IMG/VR virus record: IMGVR_UViG_3300006076_000003
Span: 22,602-86,601 of that record
From: a virus
DNA length: 64,000 nt
Reading direction: 5' to 3' (one strand)
A program made the translations under genes and the position numbers. This document shows, piece by piece, positions 26,498 through 36,411 of this stretch. Within the stretch, counting starts at the first letter, position 1, and every line of letters begins with the position of its first letter. Under the pieces are notes generated by a model. The model searched no databases, was not told where the DNA came from, and worked only from the letters and a program-made list of their open reading frames with translations.

Positions 26498-27709
26498 ATG
26501 GCAACAAATATTTATGGTAATGGTACAAACTCAAGTCCTGGAGAAAACGTCAATAAGCACTATTATGACCGTGCTGGAATTGAAGCAGCAAATGCTGTAT
26601 CTGTATACTCTCAATTTATTGATAGAAAATCTATCCCACAAAAAACTGGTAAGGTTTTTAAAATTAGTAAATGGCAAAAACTATACGATTTAGCAACAAA
26701 TGATCCTGATTTTCAAAAGAAAGGATACCTTGGTAAACGTGATTTAGCAACAGTATCTGCTAAACTTGCTCAAACTGATGGAACTGGTGCAGCACTTACA
26801 GAAGGTGTTGGAGCTATTAATCAAGTAACACCAACTAAAGTAACAGTTGAAACTGAACTTGCACGTTATGGTTATATGATTAAGTACTCTGATGAAATTG
26901 AACTTTTTTACAACGATGATATTCAAATCAAATATCGTGAGGCACTTGGTGATTTAATGAACCAAACTTATGAAGATTTGATTCAAACAGATATGCTAAA
27001 TGGTGCTGGTGTTGTAATTAATGCTGGTGGTGATATCACTAAAGATCAAATTGGTGATGGTATTGGTACTGATGATTCAGGTGCAGAAGCTTATAAAGTA
27101 AGTTTTGACTTAATCCGTAAAGGTGTTAAAGCACTTGTTAGAAATAGAGCACAACGTAATACTGAGATGGTAACAGGTTCTACAAAAATTGGTACTAAAC
27201 CAATTAATAAAGCATTCTATGCTATCGTTGGACCAGAAGTAAAATATGACCTTGAAACAATTACACGTGGTTCAAATGCTGCAGAAGAATTTGCTTATAT
27301 CCCTGCTTATACTTATGCTTTTGCTGGTAACCTTGCACAAGGTGAAATTGGTTCTATGCACGATGTAAGATTTATTGAATCTGAGGGTGCTATGGTTGAA
27401 ACTGGTGCTGGTGCTGAAGTGCCAGATGGATATGCAGGACAATTAGCATTTACGGGTGCTGCTTCTGGCGATGATGGTACTCGTGGACACTTTGATATTT
27501 TCCCAATCCTTTTTCCAACTAAAGGTGCATTTGCTTCATTAAGTTTAAAAGGTAAAGGTAAAATTACATTCCATTCTGGGGCTCCTGAAGATACAAACTT
27601 AATTAACCCACATGGAACTGAAGGTTTCTTTAGTGCTAATATGTTCTATGCTGGTCTTGTATTACAACCAGAACGTCTTCTTAGAATTAACGTAGTAGCA
27701 ACTGCTTAA
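26498..27709 (+). CDS. Major capsid protein (N4 gp56 family)
   Basis: LTEG.GAINQV, ED.IQ.D.L, MVTGS.KI.T, GEIG...VRFI, DIFPILF. Confidence 0.95.
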   Translation: MATNIYGNGTNSSPGENVNKHYYDRAGIEAANAVSVYSQFIDRKSIPQKTGKVFKISKWQKLYDLATNDPDFQKKGYLGKRDLATVSAKLAQTDGTGAALTEGVGAINQVTPTKVTVETELARYGYMIKYSDEIELFYNDDIQIKYREALGDLMNQTYEDLIQTDMLNGAGVVINAGGDITKDQIGDGIGTDDSGAEAYKVSFDLIRKGVKALVRNRAQRNTEMVTGSTKIGTKPINKAFYAIVGPEVKYDLETITRGSNAAEEFAYIPAYTYAFAGNLAQGEIGSMHDVRFIESEGAMVETGAGAEVPDGYAGQLAFTGAASGDDGTRGHFDIFPILFPTKGAFASLSLKGKGKITFHSGAPEDTNLINPHGTEGFFSANMFYAGLVLQPERLLRINVVATA

Positions 27710-27715
27710 TTTATT

Positions 27716-27743
27716 TAACTATCCAACTATTGTTGGGTAGTTA
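27716..27743 (+). terminator. Hairpin after capsid gene
   Basis: taactatccaac-tatt-gttgggtagtta. Confidence 0.6.
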
Positions 27744-27823
27744 TACTGCATTATATATCTATTTGTATATTTAAAAAATTTTATGTATAATACTCACAAT
27801 ACAAAAACAATAAAGGAAAATTA

Positions 27824-28288
27824 ATGGTCACTTTTGAAGAATTAAAAGGTATAGCCGACTCTATGGGAATTTCTTATAGCCCAAATATTAAATTTGAAAC
27901 ACTCTGTAAGAGAGTAGAAGATGCACAAGGTTTTGCTTTTGAAGATGATGAAGCACAAACTGAAAATGAAAATTTAACAGAAGATACAGTAGAAAAGCCT
28001 AAAAAAGCTAAAAAAACAGTGCAAGAAATTATCAAAGAAAATGAACGTAAAAATAAGCAAACAAAAATTGTAAGAATTACAATGGTTGATAAAAGAGAAG
28101 CAAGCACTGCAACTAACGCATTCTTCTCTAATGGTAATATTCAAATGGATATTCCATTAGATACTTTTGTCGAAATGCCTGTTGTTCTTATTAAACAAGC
28201 AGAAGATGCAAAAGCAGTTATTCATGTTAAAGTTGGTGATAAAACTCAGAAAAAATTAGTTAAAAAATACGTTGTAGAATACAAATAA
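27824..28288 (+). CDS. N4 gp55-like protein
   Basis: ELK..AD.MGISYSPNI..ETL N-terminus; synteny. Confidence 0.75.
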   Translation: MVTFEELKGIADSMGISYSPNIKFETLCKRVEDAQGFAFEDDEAQTENENLTEDTVEKPKKAKKTVQEIIKENERKNKQTKIVRITMVDKREASTATNAFFSNGNIQMDIPLDTFVEMPVVLIKQAEDAKAVIHVKVGDKTQKKLVKKYVVEYK

Positions 28289-28297
28289 AACTAAATC

Positions 28298-28335
28298 TAT
28301 ATTAGAGCACACATTTTGCTGTGTGTTCATATATA
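28298..28335 (+). terminator. Intergenic hairpin
   Basis: gagcacaca-ttttgc-tgtgtgttc. Confidence 0.45.
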
Positions 28336-28363
28336 AATTTGTAATTACCAAAGGTGAATAATT

Positions 28364-29038
28364 ATGGCTGAAATTTTATTAACTGATTTAACTAATGGTT
28401 CATTAGATAGCAATAACGATTGGAATGGTGATGGTATATTTGATGTACTTATAAATGCAGTAAATAAAAATATTGAAGGCCAATTTAAAAACGGCCGTAT
28501 AACAGGTAATACGTATGCTAATGTTTATCTTGGCAGTATGCAAAGTGCTATGGCAGAAAGCTTTCAATTTTTATTAAATAAAAAAATGATGGAAGCGGAA
28601 ATCGATTTAAAAGTAAAAGAACTTGATAAACTTAACTCTGACATAGCTTTAACTGACACACAAAAGAGTGAGTTAGAAGCAAATGGAGCTAAAGATAGGG
28701 ATATTAAAGAAAGACAGATGGCTGAAGAAGAAGCTACTGGAGCTAAAAATAGAGACATTTTAGATGTGGAAAAAAATACTAAAGATTATCAACTTAATAA
28801 TATTTTACCTAAAGAACTTGATAAACTTAATTCTGATATAGCTTTAACTGATACACAAAAAAGTGAGTTAGAGAATCAAAGTACACTTACACTTGCAAAT
28901 GTAGGTAGAGTTAAATTAACAACGGATGCAGAATATGCAAAAGCACAAAAAGAAATTGATTTACTTGAAAGTAATATCACTAAATCACAACAAGAAATTA
29001 CATTAATAAAACAAAAAATAATTGGGCGGGCTCACTAA
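28364..29038 (+). CDS. N4 gp54-like structural protein
   Basis: GDGIFDVL...QFKNGRITG..YANVY...FLL. Confidence 0.8.
   Translation: MAEILLTDLTNGSLDSNNDWNGDGIFDVLINAVNKNIEGQFKNGRITGNTYANVYLGSMQSAMAESFQFLLNKKMMEAEIDLKVKELDKLNSDIALTDTQKSELEANGAKDRDIKERQMAEEEATGAKNRDILDVEKNTKDYQLNNILPKELDKLNSDIALTDTQKSELENQSTLTLANVGRVKLTTDAEYAKAQKEIDLLESNITKSQQEITLIKQKIIGRAH
28616..28872 (+). repeat. 62-bp intragenic direct repeat (28616-28677 and 28811-28872)
   Basis: Both encode KELDKLNSDIALTDTQKSELE; 4 synonymous differences. Confidence 0.9.
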
Positions 29039-29042
29039 CTAA

Positions 29043-29309
29043 ATGGCTGATGAAATTAAAGATAATATTACTGATTGGGTTAATGATATAACAGATGGTG
29101 ATATTAATACTTGGCTAGATAATGTTACAAGTGATTTAAACACAACTGTATTAGGTCAAGTTGTTGACGATAACTATGAAGAGATAAAAAATTTAGTTAA
29201 AAACCAATTAGGAATAATTGAAGATGATAACAATAATACAGTTTCAGTAGATAAGAACTATGGTGAAGTGTATACAGATTACAACAAATTAACTGATGGA
29301 GATTGGTAA
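29043..29309 (+). CDS. Acidic hypothetical structural protein
   Basis: 88 aa, ends DGDW. Confidence 0.65.
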   Translation: MADEIKDNITDWVNDITDGDINTWLDNVTSDLNTTVLGQVVDDNYEEIKNLVKNQLGIIEDDNNNTVSVDKNYGEVYTDYNKLTDGDW

Positions 29310-29311
29310 AT

Positions 29312-29566
29312 ATGGCAATTAACACAACAGAAATCCAACGTGTTTATAATAGTTTTTTTAATACACAAAAGGGTAAACTTGATACACTATACACAGATAA
29401 AGTGATTGATGCTGAAACATATAATACTATGATTATTGAAGCAACTAATAGATCATTAGAATTAGCAATTAATGCAGTTACTAGGCAAGAAGAAGTGAAA
29501 GTAAATCTATACAAAGATAAACAATTGTTAAGTCTTCCTGCAGACTTTTTAGCGGAGACAATATAA
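29312..29566 (+). CDS. Small structural protein, resembles gp54 N-terminal helical domain
   Basis: ORF 29303-29566; likely start MAINTT. Confidence 0.6.
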   Translation: MAINTTEIQRVYNSFFNTQKGKLDTLYTDKVIDAETYNTMIIEATNRSLELAINAVTRQEEVKVNLYKDKQLLSLPADFLAETI

Positions 29567-29943
29567 TGGCAAAATTTAAATTACCTATTGGAGAAGATTT
29601 CAAGTTTAGTGTAGTTATATATCAAGACGATACATTTCTAATACAGCCACTTACTGATGATGATGGTAATTCAATAGTTGATGAAGCTACATTTGAATTA
29701 ATTAACCCGCAAGATAATAGTGTATTATTTACAGTTACAGCAGATACTATTAGTAATGGAGATGAAAAGTTATTTTTTAATATACAAGCATCAGATACTG
29801 ATAATTTAACAACTTCAACAGGTACTTTAGGTTCTTGGTACTATACAAAACCTAAATATAAAGGTAAAATCAAAGTTAAATTTACAGATGCAAGCAAAGT
29901 GACTGATAAATTAGTTTTAATTGATAAAGTGTATATGGTGTAA
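29566..29943 (+). CDS. Beta-rich (BppU-like) tail protein
   Basis: 125 aa, GEDFKF.V..Y; precedes the long fibre gene. Confidence 0.5.
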   Translation: MAKFKLPIGEDFKFSVVIYQDDTFLIQPLTDDDGNSIVDEATFELINPQDNSVLFTVTADTISNGDEKLFFNIQASDTDNLTTSTGTLGSWYYTKPKYKGKIKVKFTDASKVTDKLVLIDKVYMV

Positions 29944-29947
29944 TTAA

Positions 29948-32900
29948 ATGAGTTTTGAACTAACGAAATCAAATATAAAAGTAGCAAAAAATAATGATGT
30001 AGATGTAATAACAAAAGATTACGTTCTATCAAACGCAACAATTTATTCTAATACATTAAAAGGTGGTATACCAGAATGGTTAGACACTGCAATAACTGCT
30101 GCGATATCAAATGGTACTGTTTCCCTAAGTGAAGCGATAGCAGATTTAAATTCAACTATTGATGCTTTGCAAACAGGTATATCACAATCAATACAATCAA
30201 TACAAAGTGATGTAGAATCAACAAATACTCTAATAACTACTGTAAAAAGTGAACTTAATGACAATATAGCAGCTGTTGCTGATATTGCTAATTCAAAAGT
30301 AACTGAGTCAGAAGCAAGATCTATATCTGAACAAATTGTCGGTTCAAAGTTTAGAGTAGGTAATGAAGATGAAGCAGAAGCTTGGGCTACAAGTCTTACT
30401 GAGTCTTATGCGTCACAAAATCTTGCATATGCACAAACAGTTGATAATATTATAGCAGTACAAAATGACCAACAAATAACACTTAGTGATGTTAATAAAG
30501 TTATTGCAGGGCAATTCCAATTCTGGGGTGGTGAAGATCCAATTACAGTTGGTTGTATAATTTACACAACAGATGATAATGTTCCTGATTGGGGGAATAA
30601 CACAACAACAGATTCATATCTTGATAATGGTGATGGTACTACAAGCCCTTACCAATTGTGGCAATATTTAGGTAAAGGACTTGGTTCTTCTACAAACAAT
30701 TGGCGAAAAATTGATAACATAAATGGTACCTTAGGTGTTGCAAAAAGTCTAGCAACAGATGGCGATGGTAATATCACAGGTTGGGCATATGCTTCTGGTA
30801 GTGGTGGTGAGTCTGAATTTGCTATTCACGCAGACCACTTCTATATTAGTAATTCAGATAACTCAGCAAGACCATTTAATATTGACTCAGATGGTATTCA
30901 TTTTGTAGGTAAAGTTACATTTAGTTCTATAACGGATAGACAAGAATATATTGTAGATCCTATAAATGATTTACAAGATAACAAAGCTACTGTATTTAGG
31001 ACATCTACTGAACCTACCGTTAATGATAATAATTTATCAGTTAATGATTTATGGATACCACCTTCTGATGTTGATGATTATAAAGCTAATGAGATATACC
31101 AATGTACTGATATAGATCCTGTTACATTTGTAAATCTTACAACTATAAATGAAGCTATTAGTAATGTTCAAGTTAATTTACAAAATCAAGTTGATTCGAA
31201 AATAGACATGTACTACCAAGATAATCCACCATATGACAATGCTTCTGAAGAAAATGCTTTAAATGATAGTAGAGTTGGAGATTATTGGTATTGTGGAGCT
31301 ACTTCTGATGATTACACAAAAGGTATAGTTTATAAGTACACAAAAAATAATTCTGACTATACTTGGGAAGTATCACAAGATGTGTCACATGAAGTATTTG
31401 ATATTGCTGATAGTAAAAGAACAATATATAGTAATGCTACTGATGATACACCTAACGGAGAAGTTAATGACTTATGGATACCTCTATCTGGGGATACCGT
31501 TACATTAGATGGTGTTGATATTATTAAGACAAAAGTATATATTTTTTCACCTGACTCTAAATGGATAGTCGCTACTGACTATACTAATAATGACTATGCT
31601 GAAAGTATAGTTAATGGTAATACTCAAATAGATTTAGCACAACATTTAGACTCTTTAGGCTGGGAACAGCGAATTAGTGACTCTGAAGATGCTTTGAGTA
31701 CCCATACAGCAGAAATTGCTGGTTTAGAAGAAACAAATGATGGAGTTGTAAATTCATTTTACCAAACAACTGCTCCTGATTCTGATGTATCAAGCTATGG
31801 GGATTGGTGGGTTGATACTGATGCATCGCCATTAAAAGCTTATAGATATGAAGATTCAGATGGTAAAAATGTTAATACCTTAGACTGGCGTGATAATTCA
31901 GATAGTATTTTAGGCAGAGCATACATCTCGGCTCAAAATGCTCAAGCTACTGCTGATGGTAAGATTGTCTCATTCTTTCAAAATGATGTACCTACTGCTG
32001 AAGGTGTAGGTGATTTATGGGTTGATACTGATGACAATAATAAAACTTATAGAGCTGCTTCAATAGGAGCTAATGAAATAAAAAGTGGTGAATGGGAACC
32101 TATAACTGATAGTAGTGCTTTAAATAACTTTATTTCTACAACTTATACTAATGACCAAATTAATATTGGTAATCAATTAGATAATAAAGCTGAAGCTTAT
32201 TTTCAAAATACTGAACCTTATGCTGCTTCTGATGGACAACCTTCACAAGATGCGGATACTTGGTATAACTCTGATAATGGTGAGTTAAAAGTATTTAGAT
32301 ATGATGCTGATAATCCTGAATGGGTTTTAATTACTGACCCTAAAGCTATTAGTGCTTATCAAGCGGCTCAAAATGCTCAAGCTACTGCTGATGGTAAGAT
32401 TGTCTCTTATACTGGTTCATCAGAACCTACAAATTACTCAGTTGGGGATGTATGGTTACAAGGTTCAAGTGGGGATATATATGTTTGTCAAACAGCTCAT
32501 GATACTTTTAGAAGCTCAGATTGGTTAATTGCTTCAAAGTATACTGACGATACAACTGCCTTAAATGCACAAAACTTAGCAAATGTTGCTTTACAGCAGT
32601 TACCAACTATCGCTATTAAAGCAAATGCTAATGCAAATAATTTAGATGCAGCTAATGGAGAATGTGCTATCTTTGGGTACAACTCAAATGGGGAGATATC
32701 CCATAGTAATATAAGTATATTATTTAATGGTCAAAGAGTAAATTTAGAAGTACAACCTAATAGAGATTTATTTGTAAATACTATTGACACATTTGGTTAT
32801 ATACTCTATATAAGAGATAAGGATGTACTAAAGTACAAAGATGGTGATAACTTAGCTGATGGGGATAGAAATTTTTGGGTTGTGACATATGATAAAGTAA

Positions 32901-35149
32901 GGGGTTGGTTATATGACAATAATTCATATTTAGCACCTTGTAGTGACTACGTTGATTTCTCTACTCTCACAGAGGGTTATGACTATATGTTAGTAGGTGA
33001 CATCAGAACTGGTTATTTAGCAAATCAAGCTCAAGTTGATGCCTATATTGATGGTGGTGGCGATGATTCAGTAAAAGTTGGTGATTATGTTAATGACTGG
33101 ACAACTGAAGCTAATGTATACCAAGAAGCAATAACTTTTGATAGTGTTGAAAATCATTTTGATAAGATGGAAATATTAAAAAACGGTGGTGTTGATTCAC
33201 TATTTAGTAGAGCTTGGAAAGACCCGTTTAATGAAGATAGTTGGACTGTAACGGACAATAATGAAGGAACTATTGCTATTCAAAAAGGATACAATGTATC
33301 AGTAAGCAGTGATGACCAAGACTCACATGACTCTTGGGCAATAAGCACTAAAAAATTTAAGTACGACCCAAATAGCTTATATAAAATAACATTTAAAGGT
33401 TATACAGAAACAGATGGCACACATAACTTTTATGCTGGTGTTATGGGGTTTGCTGCAGATGGAACAACTAAAGTAAATGTTGCTGGTTCTGATGCAAGTG
33501 ATAATCAACACTATATAGCAGCACATAGTGAAGATTTAGTAGATGGTCAACACTTTGAATTTACTGGATACTTTAAAGGTATTGGTACAAGTGATGATTA
33601 CCATTATGATACTGATATATTATATCCATCACCACTAAATTCTGCTGTTGTGTACTTTTCACCAATGGTTGTTGCTGGATATGATGCTGATGTTAATCAA
33701 ACAACATACCTAACAGATGTTCAGGTTGAGATAGTCTCAACAGCTACTATTCAACATGCTTATTCCAATTCACCAAAATTAGATATTAAAATAAACCATG
33801 AAAATTATACTGATAGCGGTACTGGAGAAGCGTATATATATGGTATAAGTGAAGTTGGTAGACCAATTGAAACTGGTTCTGGTGGATATGTTTTATATAG
33901 TAATGAGAAATTGTATATATCAAACCAAAAAATGTATACCAATCTAAAGAATAAAAATGGTTATATTTGTTTTAGAAGAAGTGGGTTTCCTAATGTTGCT
34001 GATAAAACAGTACAAATCGTATTTGCTTACCCTAAATCAAATACTGTATCACAGTGGTACTATGATGCTAATTCAGATACACCAGTATTATTTGATTTTA
34101 CAGATGCAGATTTCTCTGATATTTATGTAATAGGGGAAATGGTTACTTGTGAAACATCAAATGATTGTATTAAGAGTGCCTCTATATGGTTACAAGCTAA
34201 AAAAATAGAAGAAATACATAGGATTGCTAAACAATTTAGTACTGGAACAACAGAAATTAATGGTGATGTAATTACAACAGGAACTATAAAATCAGATAAA
34301 ATGGCAGTAGGACAATCAATTGTATCTGCTAATTTCAACCCACATTCTTCTGATGATGTATCAGACACACCAACAGAAGCAGACTATTATGATGCAATAG
34401 ATGATAGTGTAACACCTGCTGGTTTTAGATTAAAAGCTGGAGCAACTGGAACTTACTCAGACCCGAATATCTATGGTGGTGCTATTAGGGGTAGTAAAAT
34501 ATATTCATCATTATTTATGAATATTAATACCTATGATAAGCCATACTTAAAAAATTTTAGTGGGCATATTCATCCAGGAGCATTTGATGGAGATGCTATA
34601 ACAAGTCTTACTATAAATACGTATATTGTCGATGCTGATCAAAATGGAGATATTGAAAATGGTATTTCACCAACTTACTCATCTAATACAGGTAAGTGTG
34701 AAATTATAACTAATGCCCCATGGTACTATTCCTATAATATAGTTAAAGGACGAACAGCAATTGACAATGATCAAAATTGTGAAGTAAAAATACAATTATT
34801 TAGATATGAAAACATAGATAATACTGGTGATATAAATGTTGTAGCAACATATACATATAAACATAATATAGGTGATGACACGATTGACCAATACTTTACA
34901 ATGACAAATTTAAATATTGTTTTTAGAATTATTATATACTATGATTCTGGAGCGGATTCAGTTATGTATTACCTATATTATATAAATTCTGGAATGATGT
35001 ATGGTATGGCTGGAAACGACTCAAAATATCAAGGTGCATACCAAATATTTATATCAGCTCATTTTACTGATAGTGATGGTAATGACTTAGATGATGGTGA
35101 TACGAATAATTTTATTTCAAACAGATATACAATTGTAACAAATCCGTAA
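29948..35149 (+). CDS. Large tail fibre / tip protein with DUF1983-like domain and repeated GD.W modules
   Basis: Coiled coil, GNITGW...SEFAIHADHF..PF, repeated P....GDLW.D modules, TEINGDVITTGTI. Confidence 0.85.
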   Translation: MSFELTKSNIKVAKNNDVDVITKDYVLSNATIYSNTLKGGIPEWLDTAITAAISNGTVSLSEAIADLNSTIDALQTGISQSIQSIQSDVESTNTLITTVKSELNDNIAAVADIANSKVTESEARSISEQIVGSKFRVGNEDEAEAWATSLTESYASQNLAYAQTVDNIIAVQNDQQITLSDVNKVIAGQFQFWGGEDPITVGCIIYTTDDNVPDWGNNTTTDSYLDNGDGTTSPYQLWQYLGKGLGSSTNNWRKIDNINGTLGVAKSLATDGDGNITGWAYASGSGGESEFAIHADHFYISNSDNSARPFNIDSDGIHFVGKVTFSSITDRQEYIVDPINDLQDNKATVFRTSTEPTVNDNNLSVNDLWIPPSDVDDYKANEIYQCTDIDPVTFVNLTTINEAISNVQVNLQNQVDSKIDMYYQDNPPYDNASEENALNDSRVGDYWYCGATSDDYTKGIVYKYTKNNSDYTWEVSQDVSHEVFDIADSKRTIYSNATDDTPNGEVNDLWIPLSGDTVTLDGVDIIKTKVYIFSPDSKWIVATDYTNNDYAESIVNGNTQIDLAQHLDSLGWEQRISDSEDALSTHTAEIAGLEETNDGVVNSFYQTTAPDSDVSSYGDWWVDTDASPLKAYRYEDSDGKNVNTLDWRDNSDSILGRAYISAQNAQATADGKIVSFFQNDVPTAEGVGDLWVDTDDNNKTYRAASIGANEIKSGEWEPITDSSALNNFISTTYTNDQINIGNQLDNKAEAYFQNTEPYAASDGQPSQDADTWYNSDNGELKVFRYDADNPEWVLITDPKAISAYQAAQNAQATADGKIVSYTGSSEPTNYSVGDVWLQGSSGDIYVCQTAHDTFRSSDWLIASKYTDDTTALNAQNLANVALQQLPTIAIKANANANNLDAANGECAIFGYNSNGEISHSNISILFNGQRVNLEVQPNRDLFVNTIDTFGYILYIRDKDVLKYKDGDNLADGDRNFWVVTYDKVRGWLYDNNSYLAPCSDYVDFSTLTEGYDYMLVGDIRTGYLANQAQVDAYIDGGGDDSVKVGDYVNDWTTEANVYQEAITFDSVENHFDKMEILKNGGVDSLFSRAWKDPFNEDSWTVTDNNEGTIAIQKGYNVSVSSDDQDSHDSWAISTKKFKYDPNSLYKITFKGYTETDGTHNFYAGVMGFAADGTTKVNVAGSDASDNQHYIAAHSEDLVDGQHFEFTGYFKGIGTSDDYHYDTDILYPSPLNSAVVYFSPMVVAGYDADVNQTTYLTDVQVEIVSTATIQHAYSNSPKLDIKINHENYTDSGTGEAYIYGISEVGRPIETGSGGYVLYSNEKLYISNQKMYTNLKNKNGYICFRRSGFPNVADKTVQIVFAYPKSNTVSQWYYDANSDTPVLFDFTDADFSDIYVIGEMVTCETSNDCIKSASIWLQAKKIEEIHRIAKQFSTGTTEINGDVITTGTIKSDKMAVGQSIVSANFNPHSSDDVSDTPTEADYYDAIDDSVTPAGFRLKAGATGTYSDPNIYGGAIRGSKIYSSLFMNINTYDKPYLKNFSGHIHPGAFDGDAITSLTINTYIVDADQNGDIENGISPTYSSNTGKCEIITNAPWYYSYNIVKGRTAIDNDQNCEVKIQLFRYENIDNTGDINVVATYTYKHNIGDDTIDQYFTMTNLNIVFRIIIYYDSGADSVMYYLYYINSGMMYGMAGNDSKYQGAYQIFISAHFTDSDGNDLDDGDTNNFISNRYTIVTNP
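31929..32406 (+). repeat. 43-bp identical direct repeat (31929-31971 and 32364-32406)
   Basis: cggctcaaaatgctcaagctactgctgatggtaagattgtctc twice, 435 bp apart, same frame. Confidence 0.9.
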
Positions 35150-35187
35150 TGATATAATATTAATAATAAATGTAAAGGAAAATATAA

Positions 35188-36411
35188 ATGGCAACAGAAA
35201 TAGTATATGAAGAAGTCCCAAAGTTAGATTATATAGATAGATATAAAGAATTAATGGAAGTATCATTAAGTGATGAAAGTGCTTTTTTAGCGGCTAAAGA
35301 AATTATTGAAGATTTAGTTAGCTCTAATGAATTAACAGCAAGAGAAAAAGCAGAAATTGTATCCAAGACAGTTGGTGATATTGCTACGTCTATAACAACA
35401 AATGCTATGCAACTTGCATACCAAGCATCAGTAGAAGAACGCAATGCTAAATATGTTGTAACTAAACTTAGAGAAGATATGCTATTAGCAAAGGGAAATG
35501 CTGATAGAATGGATAAAGAAGTTGAATTAGTACAAGCTCAAAAAGACCAAATTGCAGCAGAAATTATAGCTGCACATGTTAGAAAACAAGAAGTGCAGTT
35601 AAAAATGTTAAGTGAGTATGGTTTAACAAGTATTCCTTCACCAACAGATAACATAGATGCTGCAAATGCTACTGTAAAAGGCAACAATAGTATATATGCT
35701 AAAAAAATAAATTTAGAAGATGCAACAATATATGATAAATGGGCTACAACATATAGACAAAATGGGCATTTATGGTTCAATAGTAATGGTGAAGTATTGA
35801 CATCAGTAGTCGATGCTGGGGACCCAAATGATGAGTTAACAAAAGGACTTATATATAATCAATCAAGAGTAGCTGTAAGACAGTATAATGGCTTTGATGA
35901 TAATATGAGACAACATGTTGTTAATGCATCATCAAGTATGGTGTCAATGATGCTAGCAAATAGTGATGCAGTAGATGCTTCTAAGATTGTTGACGCTTAT
36001 CAAAAATGGTCAACTGGTGTTGAATATCTTAATAATAGAGGCTCAACAGAAGCTCTGCCAGAACTTGCTATTACACTTGTTAATTATGATGAATTTACTG
36101 ATGATGCTATTAGTAATCCCTCAAGTGATGGAATATCAATTGGTGGTTTTTGTACTAATTTCCCAGCTGGAGCAAATATCTATATAAACTTAGTTAAAGT
36201 AGATACAGATGATACAATATTAGATACAGTTTATGACACATCAGAAGTACCTGGTATTGTTGCAATTGATGGTACTTGGACTGCTAAAACACATATACTT
36301 TATAATAAAGCATCAAGTATAAGTAATGGAGATTGGAAAATTGTTGTGTCTATTAAGGATAATTATCTAAGAACAGTAAAAGCATATACAGAGAAACGAA
36401 CTAAAAGCTAA
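35188..36411 (+). CDS. Structural protein, gp54-like helical region plus Ig-like C-terminus
   Basis: Coiled coil, RQYNGFDDN; C-terminal DGTWT...GDWKIVVSIKD. Confidence 0.65.
   Translation: MATEIVYEEVPKLDYIDRYKELMEVSLSDESAFLAAKEIIEDLVSSNELTAREKAEIVSKTVGDIATSITTNAMQLAYQASVEERNAKYVVTKLREDMLLAKGNADRMDKEVELVQAQKDQIAAEIIAAHVRKQEVQLKMLSEYGLTSIPSPTDNIDAANATVKGNNSIYAKKINLEDATIYDKWATTYRQNGHLWFNSNGEVLTSVVDAGDPNDELTKGLIYNQSRVAVRQYNGFDDNMRQHVVNASSSMVSMMLANSDAVDASKIVDAYQKWSTGVEYLNNRGSTEALPELAITLVNYDEFTDDAISNPSSDGISIGGFCTNFPAGANIYINLVKVDTDDTILDTVYDTSEVPGIVAIDGTWTAKTHILYNKASSISNGDWKIVVSIKDNYLRTVKAYTEKRTKS

Noticed and set aside
28616-32406. Diversity-generating retroelement TR/VR pairs
   Set aside because: Repeats are intragenic and identical or differ at synonymous, mostly C/T sites; no reverse transcriptase in the window.
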